Below the pieces are notes generated by a model. It saw only the letters and a program-made list of their open reading frames with translations, made no database searches and was not told where the DNA came from. Made by a program: the position numbers and the translations under genes. DNA of 64,000 bases from Octopus sinensis. Taxonomy: Eukaryota. Of the stretch, positions 14,645 to 27,300 are shown one piece after another. Within the stretch, counting starts at the first letter, position 1, and every line of letters starts with the position of its first letter. The stretch covers positions 65,906,001 to 65,970,000 of the forward strand of contig NC_043009.1 of NCBI RefSeq assembly GCF_006345805.1, read 5' to 3'.

Positions 14645-17292
14645 TATATGTATGTATGTATGTATGTGTGTGTATATGTTTGTGTGTCTGTGTTTATCCC
14701 CCCCAACATCGCTTGACAACCGATGTTGGTGTGTTTACGTCCCCATAACTTACCAGTTTGGCAAAAGAGACCGATAGAGTAAGTAATAGGCTTACAAAGA
14801 ATAAGTCCTGGGTTCAATTTGCTCGACTAAAGGCGGTGCTCCAGCATGGCTACAGTCAAATGACTGAAACAAGTAAAAGAGTTAACGAATATATGTATGT
14901 ATGTATGTATGTATGTGTATGCATACATACTCACACCATCATCACCAGCCACATCAATCAAACTTTATACCACATGGCGCCTCTTCCACTTCCACTCTTA
15001 AACCAATGTTACTACCAGTGCCACTATCCCTCCCTCACATGCCATCCATGGCCACCACCACCATACACCCACCACATCTCTGTCACTAACAACACTTTTC
15101 TTTTGATCTCTGCAGTGATTATAGTGATTATGGTGCAGAAATGCACTTTAAAATTTTAATAACAATATCCAGAGCTTTGATCATAATATGAGGATAACTC
15201 TTAATTCATTTTAAATAAAGAGATTGGGACCAGCAATTTTGATAACAATAACAGGTTAATGAAATTATAAGCAGCTTCTAGTTCACACACACACAGATTC
15301 ATGGTATGTTTGCAAGAGTAATTCTCATTTAATTATCAAAGATACAAAATGAATGTCAGAAGAAAATATGAAAACTTGGTTAAAATTGGGATCTACAAAA
15401 ATTTTACCACAAGGTAAAATAAATATTTGAGATGCTTTGCCCAAAACGCAAAGAGTAGAAGCTACTTGCAGGATGTTTTGCAAATTCTTTTAAATCCTAT
15501 TTCTTTACTACCCACAAGGGGCTAAACACAGGGATGACAAACAAGGACAGACAAATGGATTAAGTCGATTACATCGATCCCAGTGCATAACTGGTACTTA
15601 TTTAATCCACCCCGAAAGGATGAAAGGCAAAGTCGACCTCAGCGGAATTTGAACTCAAAACGTAAAGACAGACAAAATATCTATTTCTTTACTACCCACA
15701 AGGGGCTAAACACAGAGAGGATGAACAAGGCGAGACAAATGGATTAAATTGATTATATCGACCCCAGTGCATAACTGGTACTTATTTAATCAACTCCGAA
15801 AGGATGAAAGGCAAAGTCGACCTCAGCGGAATTTTAACTCAGAACATAACGGCAGATGAAAAACCACTAAGCATTTTGCCCGGCATGCTAACGTTTTTCT
15901 GCCAGCTGGCCGCCTTCTTTTAAATCCATTGCAATGTTGATAAGCAGGGATCTCAGGGTCACAAGCATTTCGCCCCTTACCCTGTACACTTTGTGTGGTG
16001 TTAGTGGTGTTAAGGGCTGTGATGGAGCTATGTGGTGTTGGTGGAGGGGATTGCAGATGAGGTGGACAGAAGTAAGGACTGCAGGGGCCTGTGACACAGG
16101 CACAGGGCATGCATGGGCAAGAAGCACGTGTGGTCAGTTCAAGCAGAGACAGCAGCGAGACAAGACGTGTTGAATTCATGAGAGTGACCGCTGATTCCGC
16201 CGAGGTCAACAGGTAAGGCCTTTCGTATTTCTTTCTCCTGTTTGCTTCTTTTTCTGAATTAGTCTTTCCCTGCAGAAGAGTTCCATTTATGGTCTCTGGT
16301 CAACCACAGCCAACTTGACCTCGCTTCAGCTGCTGTGCTTATCTCCTTGGCGCCTTTCTTCAGTTGTTTGGCTTCCAGACCAATCTTCTGCAGGAATAGC
16401 ATAACAATTTCATAAAACTAAAATAAATCTTTATATTCTAGAGCAAGGCACTAGAGATTGGTACTAGGGTAAAATAGAATGGAAATAAACTATGATTTAA
16501 GTGTGTCTAATGAGTAAATATAATTAAGAGCGGTAGAAATATTGTTGTTAACAAGAGAGGTAAGCAAGGGAGATAACACCTTATTACATGGATTTAACAG
16601 TTTAATTTCCGATGTTAAATTTTAAGTTTTGAAGTGAAATATTAAAGCAAATATTTTCAGTTTTTGTTGCTAGAATGTTTTTTTTTTAGCTGTTCTTCAT
16701 TCATTTAATCAAAGTTATGGCTTTTAATAACTATTAGATCTTTCCAGATATGACTGTCTTGCTGATTGCATCATTATGACAACTCATTCAAAGATGAGAA
16801 AATTAACTCAAACACAAATTTCACTATAAAATAAAATGACAGAAAAAGTTAATTTTTTCATTTCATTTCCTCCCAAAAATAAATGTGGAATTTTGTTAAT
16901 ATTTGATAGTGGTTGTTCTCCATGAACACATATTTCATAAGTGTTCTGGTGAGCATGCTAACAGACTAACAAAACCAATTCCTCTATAAATGACCCTTTA
17001 ACCTTTTAGTATTTGAACCAGCAATATAAGGCCCAAATATTGTAGGGAGTTTCAATTCTCAGACTAGCAACACATTTTGTTCTTGATCAAAACACTTCAT
17101 TTCATGTTGCCCCAGTCCACTCAGCTGTCAATGTCTAACCCTGTGTTGGAATAGCTTTCCAATCAGGGGAAATGTTGGCCTGCTCGCCTAGTCAGTAGGA
17201 TGGCATCATTCTAAAGCTAAAATGCATTGTGACCAGCAATGTATAACAACATCTGATAGTCAGGTTAATCATGTGATTATATAATATATATA

Positions 17293-17333
<41 letters not shown>

Positions 17334-18880
17334 TATAGAGTCACCCCATATATATATATATATATTGGGTTACTCCATAAATAATGCAGTTTTTTTTTCA
17401 ATTGCATGAACTTAAAATCAGAGGTGGATGGGATAAACTACCTGCATCAACTTGCTATAAAAACAGGTAATAATTTTACCTTGCTCTTATTCTTAGTGCA
17501 AGTTTTGAAGAGTACAGTTCAATTTTAACAGTTATGTTTTCAAAGCTATAATAGAAGGCAACAACGGAACGGTAAATGGGAGGAATATTAATGAAGTATA
17601 TGGGGATCGGACAATAAGCGTAAGCCAGTGTGAATGGTGGTTCCAGAAATTCCAAGCTGGAAACTACAGCTTTGATGGTAAACAGAAACTAAAAGAAGCC
17701 TGACATGTATATACATGCATACACAAACGATGTGAGTGTGTCCATGTGTGTGTGTCCATGTGTGTGTGTGTGTCCATGTGTGTGTGTGTGTGTGCATGCA
17801 TGCTTGTGTCTCCTTCTCTTGAGACTCTACAAAAGCCATATATAGTCATATACAAGGTCATACATTTCCAGTCTTCTGAAGGAAACATGTCTGGCCACCA
17901 GAAATATTACCTTGCTTGGAAAGAAGCAAAAAGGGTTAGCTACAGAAAGGGCATCTGGCTGAAGAAACACTACCTCAATCAACTCCATCTGACCCATGCC
18001 AGCATGAGAATGTGGATGTTAAAACGACCATGATGTTGATGCAATATACACCTTTTCTTTCACCACCACCCCACTCTCCAATTCTTCATTGGCATACCTG
18101 CCTACCATTCATCCATTCCTTTCTTAAAACTTCTTCCATCCCCATCTCATTCTAGCCACTATCACCAAGTCTGATCGACTTTCTTCATTCAACAAACCTC
18201 CTTCATAACGATCTGCCTTCACGCTTTTCCATTTCCATGCTTCCAGTTCACCGTTCTTCCAACTGCAGCACCCTTCCTACACATACAAATTCACTTAAAT
18301 TTAGATGCCACATTAGTTAATAATCTTCCTACACAACTACATTCCAATGAACCCACCCAGCAAATATTGCACATTTAATGGAGATCACTCCACCACCACC
18401 ACCACCACCTTCCTACACTCTCCATCAACAACTTCCTCCTCCTCCTCTGCATCTCACCACATGCTTTACTACTTAACATCAATGCTAATGTCTTACCAAT
18501 ATTCATCTTCGTATCATTCATTTCCATACATTACTTCCACAAAGGACTGAAGGCTACGGGAAATACATCTGTAGGAGGAGGAGGTGGAGGAGGAGGAGGA
18601 AGAGGACGTACTGCATTATACACGTTATGTATGTGTGTGTGTAGTGTCTGCATGTGTGTGTGTACATATACACATTCTTTTATTCTTTTACTTGTTTCAG
18701 TCATTTGACTGTGGCCATGCTGGAGCACCGCTTTTAGTCGAGCAAATCAATCCCAGGATTTATTCTTTCTAAGCCTAGTACATGTTCTATCAACCCCTTT
18801 TTCCGAACCGCTAAGTTACAGGGATGTAAACACACCAACATCAGTTGTCAAGCGATGTTGGGGGGACAAACACAGACACA

Positions 18881-18936
<56 letters not shown>

Positions 18937-19298
18937 CATATATATGAAAGGCTTCTTTCAGTTTCTGTCAAACAAATCCACTCATAAGACTTTGGTCAAT
19001 TACTATATATAACTTCTTCACAAAAAAAAAACAAACAATTATACACACAAACACACATACATAAATGCATGCACACACACACTATAAAGTTTCACTTATT
19101 TAATTTAAGGAATTGACAGAAAAAAACCTCAATTCAAATTAGTAACACTACAAGACAAAGTTCCCTCTAGGGTAGATCAAAATTAAAAAATTCTGAGCTC
19201 AGTAATTAACTGAGCACAGTAATTAACTGAGCACAGTAATTAACTGAGCACAGTAATTAACTTGAATAATATTAATGAATACAAATAATGAGAAAACA

Positions 19299-19344
<46 letters not shown>

Positions 19345-20747
19345 ATATATATAGTGGAGCGCTAAGAGCACCATCTGAGCATGATCATTGCCAGAGCAAC
19401 AAATTGGCTTCCGTGTCGGTGGCACGTAAAAAGCACCATTCAAGCGTGATCATTACCTGCATCGCCTTACAGGCACCTGTGCTGGTGGCACGTATAAGCA
19501 CCCACTACATTCTTGGAGTGGTTGGCATTAGGAAGGGCATCCAGTTGTAGAAACTCTGCCAGATCAGATTGGAGCCTGGTGCAGCCATCTGGTTCGCCAG
19601 ACCTCAGTCAAAACGTTCAACCCATGGAAAGTGGATGTTAAACGATGATGATGATATATATATATATATGAGTACTAGAAGCTAAGCCCAAGTTTCATCC
19701 GGTCGGTTTGGATGATGTAGTTGTAAAACCTGCTCTGTGTGAGCATTCGACTTGTTTGGGAATGCTTACATTAAAAGACAATTTTAGAATTACTTTTTAT
19801 CTGTCAAAACACTAAAAATAACTGACCAACAAAAAAAGAAAATCCAACCAAGATTCAACCAAATCAAAAAATAAACCCAAATACTAAGCGAACAAAGATG
19901 AACCATCCCACTTCCATAGTGCACGCATATGCACACACATTCATATACCCTCCCCCTTTTACATACACACACATATATTCATACAGAGTTGAAATGCTGT
20001 TTGATTTATTTTTTCAGCGTACAATTTTCATCCTCCCACAACCAAGTATGACATCACCCCTTCCTTTCTCATTCATCAACACAAGAGTATTATCATACTA
20101 GATTATCCCAGTAACCATGGGAGCTATGAAAATAAAATACAAAGCCTAGCAACACCACATCTGCGTAATTTTTCTTGCAATTCCACCCAGCCGTTTGACC
20201 GTGAATCCCAAGGTCAAATTTATATGCATAGACAAATCTTTATTAGAACAAGAAGAAAGATATATTTTTTTTGTCAACATGTAAATACTGAACAGTATCT
20301 ATAACAGACAATTTCTCTGCTCTTAAAAGGATTTTATGCTTTATGTATACTCTTTTACTTGTTTCAGTCATTTGGCTGTGGCCATGTTGGAGCACTGCCT
20401 TTAGTCAAGCAAACTGACCCCAGGACTTATTCTTTGTAGATTGAGTATTTATTCTACCGGTCTCTTTTGTCGAACCACTAAGCAACAGGGACATAAACAC
20501 ACCAACATCAGTTGTCAAGTGATGTTGGGGGGACAAGCACAGACACACAAACACACAAACACACACACACACATATGTATATACATATATATGACAGGCT
20601 TCTTTCAGTTTCTGTCTACCAAATCCACCCACAAGACCTTGGTTGGCCCAAGGCTATAGTAGAAGACACTTGCCCAAGGTGCCACACAGTGGGACTGAAC
20701 CCGGAACCATGTGGTTGGTAAGCAAGCTATTTACCACAGCCACTCAA

Positions 20748-20791
<44 letters not shown>

Positions 20792-22106
20792 TTGGTCTTC
20801 ATATATATACATTTGTTCTATGTGAACAATGTAGTAAAGTTTTCCCTGAAGAACTGTTGTGGATCTGCACACAACTGCATTATATACACCCACTGCAGAG
20901 AATGCAAATAACCACAAAACACACAGGCAGGGACAAATAGTATAAACGGTATGTTGTATTTCTCCTGCTTGGTTCTATTTTGACTCTGGATACCAAAACC
21001 AGTAAATACCATTAAGTACAGTTGTAACCACACTACTTAACTGCAAACAGAATGGATGGCGATTATCTGTGTAGAGCTCCAAACACCACAGTCACACAAG
21101 GCATATACACAGACACACACACACATACACACACACACACACATATATATATACAACATGTATAACATACACATACACAGCAACTGTACTGAATGAACAA
21201 AAGCCAATACACTGCAAGAGAAATGGTCGGCGGTATTGATGTCCAGTAGAAAAGATTTCTCCTTACACAAATGTCCATTTCATATTTCATATTTTACGAG
21301 ATCAATGAAATAAATGGTATTGGAGAAAATACAGGCCTCGCTATCTTTGATTAAAATATCCTTTGAAGGTTGTAGCCATGTTGTGCCATGGTCCGACGAA
21401 TAACTAAAGGAAAATTAGTTTACCTGTCCAAATTGTAGTTGACCGGCCATGACTCCAAACCACTGAAAATCCAAAAGCTGCACCTGGACTTTTAGGAGCG
21501 GTACCTGCAAACAATAAGAAAAAAAAAACCATGATTGGATAGTGACCTAATAAACATATATTGTAACTAAATGTAAAATGGAATTGTCAAGATTTGTAGA
21601 TAGATTCATCGCAAAGAAAATATTAATAACAATAATAATTAATTAATTTTACATATACATACATATTTATATATACATAGACAAACTACATGAAATCTTG
21701 TGTAGCTCTGCATTGGCAAGTCTTGAAAAAAAATTATAGAAAGAAGTGAAAAGAGTGAAGTTGTCGTGAGGAGTGGAATATCCATTGTTGCAGCCAGTTT
21801 TACAAGCTGAGAGGATGTAGACTCTGTTTGTCCTTCTTCAACTTCTCTTTTTCTCTACCTCCTGACGAAGGATTACATCCGAAACATTGGATATTCCACC
21901 CTTTACAGCAACTTCACTGAATCCCTTTCACTTTTATATATACATATATATCATCATCATCATCATTTAATGTCTGCTTTCCATGCTGGCATGGGTTGGA
22001 CGATTTGACTGAGGTCTGGCGAACCAGACTCCAATCTGATCGGGCAGAGTTTCTACAGCTGGATGCCCTTCTTAATGCCAACCACTCCAAGAGTGTAGTG
22101 GGTGCT

Positions 22107-22142
<36 letters not shown>

Positions 22143-24283
22143 TATATATATATGTGTGTATATATAAACATGCATAAGTGAACAAACGAAAGAGAGTAGC
22201 GCTCAACATGTTTGGTTGGTGTCAACATATATTTTCAAATTTAGTTTAACCCAGCTCCACATGACTTAACGTTTTATGGGTGCCTAAGACATGACCATCT
22301 CATCCTGTGAGGTGAATGTAATTAGGAACTTCCATTAAGATGGACAGGTCTCACACACCCATGAAACTTCAAATCGTGTAGAGCTGAGTCAAACTGTTAT
22401 GAAGTGTGTGTGTGTGTGTGTGTGCATGCGTGTGTGTGTGTGCGTGCGTGTATGTGTGTGTGTGGTTTGTGTTTCTGTATATGAAAGAGCAAAACAGCCA
22501 AGGAGGGCAGACAGAGAAAAAGAGAGGTACTTATTATGCATTGCTTAATGCATTCTATAATAGAAGGAAGGAAAAAAATGAAAAACAGAGATGAGAGAAT
22601 GAGATTAATTAGAGAAAGAAAAATGAAGAAGTGTGGAGAGAAGGAATGGAAGAAGAAAGGAAGGAGAAAAGAAGGATTAAAATGAACAAGAAAAAAGCAG
22701 AAATGAACTTTTAATATTAATCCTCCATTCCTTCTGCAAGTAAAGAATCAAAAGAATTATAAATAATGGGATTTGAGGAATGGTTTAGTTCTGTTTTTGT
22801 TTTTTTTTTACTTGACAATGGCGACAGAGAAAGGAGAAGAATGGAATCTTGCAGGAAGTTTTGATTGAAATCGGAAGAAACTTTCCTTGCATTTCAACAG
22901 CTACAAAGATTCTTGTTTCCAGCCTCACACTCTCTCTCTGCTATCACCATTAACGAACACAACAGAACCTTAATCAATGATGATCTTAGTTTGTTCTGGA
23001 GCTGTTCTGAGACAAATCCCAACAACAACAAATACAAAATAGCACCCTTTACACCCTCATAAGTTGCTGGCAGCAGCCACAGACCACAGACACAATGAAA
23101 TATTTGAAATGGAAATGAAAAAAAAAACTCCTGGATATGCTGGAGACATTGATTGTTACTGCAGCAAAATCTAATTCAACAGAAATCCTACCTACCATTA
23201 CATGTAGGATCCCCTGCAAACACCCAGACACGTCTATAACAGTCCATATAACCACCGGTCACTATATGGTCACTTAACTTGCTCCAACACACAGACACCT
23301 GATTACTTCTATATGTACCTGAACAAGTATGAAGACCCACACACACAGAAGTAACAAAAATATTATTATCGCACAAGGCTAGGATTTTTTTTTTCAGTAT
23401 AATCAGGAAGAGAAGGGTAACACCCATGATACATGATGAAAATATCTTTTCAAAGCCTCCAAGACTTGTAGGAAGAAAGGAACAATTTATTCTTTACTTA
23501 ACCAATTTCTTTACAAAACGTGTACCAGGTGTATCTGTCATAGTACCAACCCTAGTAGGGTCACCTAGTAACCCTAACCCCTTCACAACATGGGAGGTGC
23601 AATATTGAGGGGAGTGGCACTGTGCCAGGTGTAGAGAGGCAACAGTAGGAAAGAGGGCCAGATGTCTCATTGTAGAAGAGGTACATGGGTACCCCATCAG
23701 GAAAGAGAGAAAGGATGATGAAGAGGTACCCTCAAAGTACAAGAGGGTGGATAAAGAGAACAGGAGCAGAGAAGTGAGGAAGGCTGAGAGGGTATGTTTG
23801 GGATAAGGTGAAGCGTGGGTCAGACAGATGTACAGGGACAGAGACAAAGATCACAATATTTATATTTATACAGTTGTTGCCAAAAGTTTGGAACACAGGT
23901 CTGAAAATTAGAACTGTTACATCAAATGCCCAAATATATATATAATATAACCACCACCAACATAACCACCACCACCACCACCACCACTACCACCCTCACT
24001 ACCATCAGCACCATCACCATAACCATGATCACTGCACCCAGCACCAAAACCACTGCTGCAACAGCAAACACAATTACTACAAGACCTGCAACTACTACCC
24101 CCACCACAGTTACAAGTACCACAGTAACCACAACCACTTGCTGTAACAAGACCCACTGTCACTACTACCATAGCAATCACTACCACCACCTGAACTACTA
24201 CCACTACAACTACTACTACTACTACAACCACTACTACTACTACCACCACCACCATTACTACTACTACTACCACCACCACCACC

Positions 24284-24324
<41 letters not shown>

Positions 24325-27300
24325 CACCACCACCACCACTACCTGTAGTACCAGCATCATACCTATGAAAAAACTGCTACCATCCCCCCCCTCCAACCAC
24401 AACCATTATAATCCTATACCAAATCTGGAAACTTGTGGTTAATTAATTTAATTCCACATTGAAAAGACAATTAACCAGATAGGATTAAGGTTTCTGCTAA
24501 TCCTGACAACAACAACAACAACAACAACAACAACGGTAATACAAGGAGAATCACAGGAACAGCAACAGTAAAATAATAAGAACAGTTATAACAAAAGTAA
24601 ACACAACAACAACAACAGCAGTAGCAGCAGCAGACTTAATAATGGTTCATTCTTCTATAGGTACAAGGCTTGGAATTTTGGCAGTCAGGTAGGTTGTTTA
24701 CATCGACCCCAGTGCATAACTGGTACTTATTTTATCAACCCCGAAAGGATGAAAGGCAATGTCAACCCCAGCAAAATAATAATAACAATAATAATAATAA
24801 TGATCTTTTTATTAGTCACAAGGGTTTACATTAAGAAAAATGTTATGGACAGTACAGGACAAAACAAAGAATGTGTGTGAGTGTGTGTAGTTGTGAGGGT
24901 TTTGCATGTAAACAAGACCAACAAAATTATCAAAAACAGAAAGAAATCAATCAGTAATGTGTATTCCTCAATAGGGAGGAGACGTTTGAGGGCTGCTATG
25001 GAAAAACCCCATATAAAAACCATGGATACCCTGAGTTTTGGGACAGGTGTCTCTTTCCCTTTCTGTTTTTTCCAACTACAGGCATATGCTCAGGGTAGGC
25101 CCGTTCACTCGCACCATTCTTGCCACTTTCATCCACCTTTCAGCAAACTGGCCAGAAAACAACACTTCCCCCTCGACCCTTATTTTCCTTTTCAAGTTCA
25201 TCAAGGGATTGGCCAAAGAGAAAAGCGTTTTTCTTCAGCCCCCTTCAATTTCATCCTCAATACAACCTCTTTCGCCATGACCACCAGGCATATAAAAACA
25301 GGCATTCCTTCCCGATTAAAGGAAGGTGGTGGAACGATCTTCACGATGGATTCAGTTGACAGCCGGACCCATCCCATAAGTGACAGCAAATGTTTGACAT
25401 AAACCCATTAGTCAGCAATGCTCGGGCACTGGACGAGTGCATTGCATCCTGTGTGCATCTGAAACATGCTCAGTTGACAGCACTTCTGTGCCTGTAAAGT
25501 TTATCTCGAACAGGTAAAGCTCCCTTGTAACACTGCCAGGCCAGAGATTTTTGGAAATTATCCATTGATCCCGGCCTGGAAGTTCTCCAGAAAGAGTGAC
25601 TAGCTGATCTTCAATGCCTAAGGTCTCCCCATGAACATGATCGCACTTTTCCTCCACTAATCCTCTATAAAAGCTGAAGTGAACATTCCACCTATTGCAC
25701 TGTCTGATTAGATGAGGGCTGAGAGCGCTTGAAGTCATTCCACTTTCCAAATGTTACCCTTCGGTCTCTATTTTACCCAGGGCTGCAGCTCCATTAAAGA
25801 GACAAGCTGTGGAAATACATGTCTGCCCAAGTCAATTATATGAGAGGGTGTCGACAGTTGATACTAGACCAGTACTTTATTCTAATGACCCCGCCAAAAG
25901 GGTAAAAGACAAAAATTGATCTTAGCAGGATTTGAACTCAGTACGTGAAGAACCAGAAGAATTAACAACAACCGTAATAGCAGCACTAACAACAGAAATA
26001 GCAGCAGCACCCCACCAATATCACCACCATCACAAAGAACAAGAGCCACAGAACTACAACAACAAGAACAACAACATTGACAGCATGTTACAACAACAAC
26101 AACAAGAAGCACAGACAGCAACCACAAGAACACTGTCATTAGCAAGATTAACAATATTAACCATGAAACAACACAAAAACAACAACAGCAACAACAACAA
26201 CAATTAAAACTATCACTAACACCACCACCACCACCATAATCAATAACATCAGCAACAAGAGGGAACATTGTATGGAGATTAAGGGTAAAAAGCCATGGAT
26301 TATCTTCAGTTTCAGTTCTGCTCTACCCCTCCACTTCTCTTTCACCCACTTACCTCCCCTACTTACTACTAAAACTACTACTACTACTACTACTGACATT
26401 ACAATTGTTGTTACTACTACTACCACTGCTACTACTATTGTTTCAATTGCAACAACATCTGTTGAAGTCATAGGCTGCACCTTGTGCACTTTTCAACAAA
26501 GCGAATGGCTTCTGCGAGTGTTCAGTGGTAATTAGATGGTGGGAGGTAAAGCAGCCGGATGGTGAAGGAGGGCTGCAGAGGTTCAATTTGTGATACAGGC
26601 ATAGCTATGGGTGTTGTTGTTTGACATCCCATCAAGTTAGCTTCTTAGCGAGTATACTTATCATCAAAGACATTCCATCCAATCATGGCCATTCCACGTT
26701 TTTGTATATTAAATAGATGCAGGTATAGCTGCGTGGTTAAGAAGCTGGCTTCTCAAACGATGTGGTCTAGGGTTCAGGCCCACTGCATGGCACCTTGGGA
26801 AAGTGTCTTCTACTATAGCCCTGATCAACCAAAGCCTTGAGGATGGATTGGAGTTGGTAGACGGAAAATTGAAAGCCCATCATCATCACATCTGAGTGAA
26901 CCATATAGAATCCTTCTCACCAACACAAAATGTTGTTGTAGCAAATCGTCCAGTTAACATGAGGTACTCAATCAGATGGACTTTCAATGGGTTGGTTCCA
27001 TCCAAACATTGGTTTCTATTTTCAACACAAAGCCAGCAGTTTCAAAGGAGGAGGTAGGTCAATTACATTGACCCCACAGTAACTAACTGATACTTATTCC
27101 ATCAGTCCCAAATAAGATGAAAGGTAAAATCATTCTTGGCAGAATTTGAACTCAGAACAGTAAGATGGCAGAAAATGTTGTTAAGAATTTTACCTGTGTG
27201 TTACCGATTCTGCCAGCTTGCTGCCTTAAGTCCATCCAAATACTAAAGACAGATATCCAAAGTTAATTGTATTTATTGTATGATTTGACAATAGGGGCCC

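Noticed and set aside
23917-24402. Thr-rich mucin-like and poly-Val ORFs
   Set aside because: They arise from an (ACC/ACT)n microsatellite that is open in several frames; no splice or domain support.
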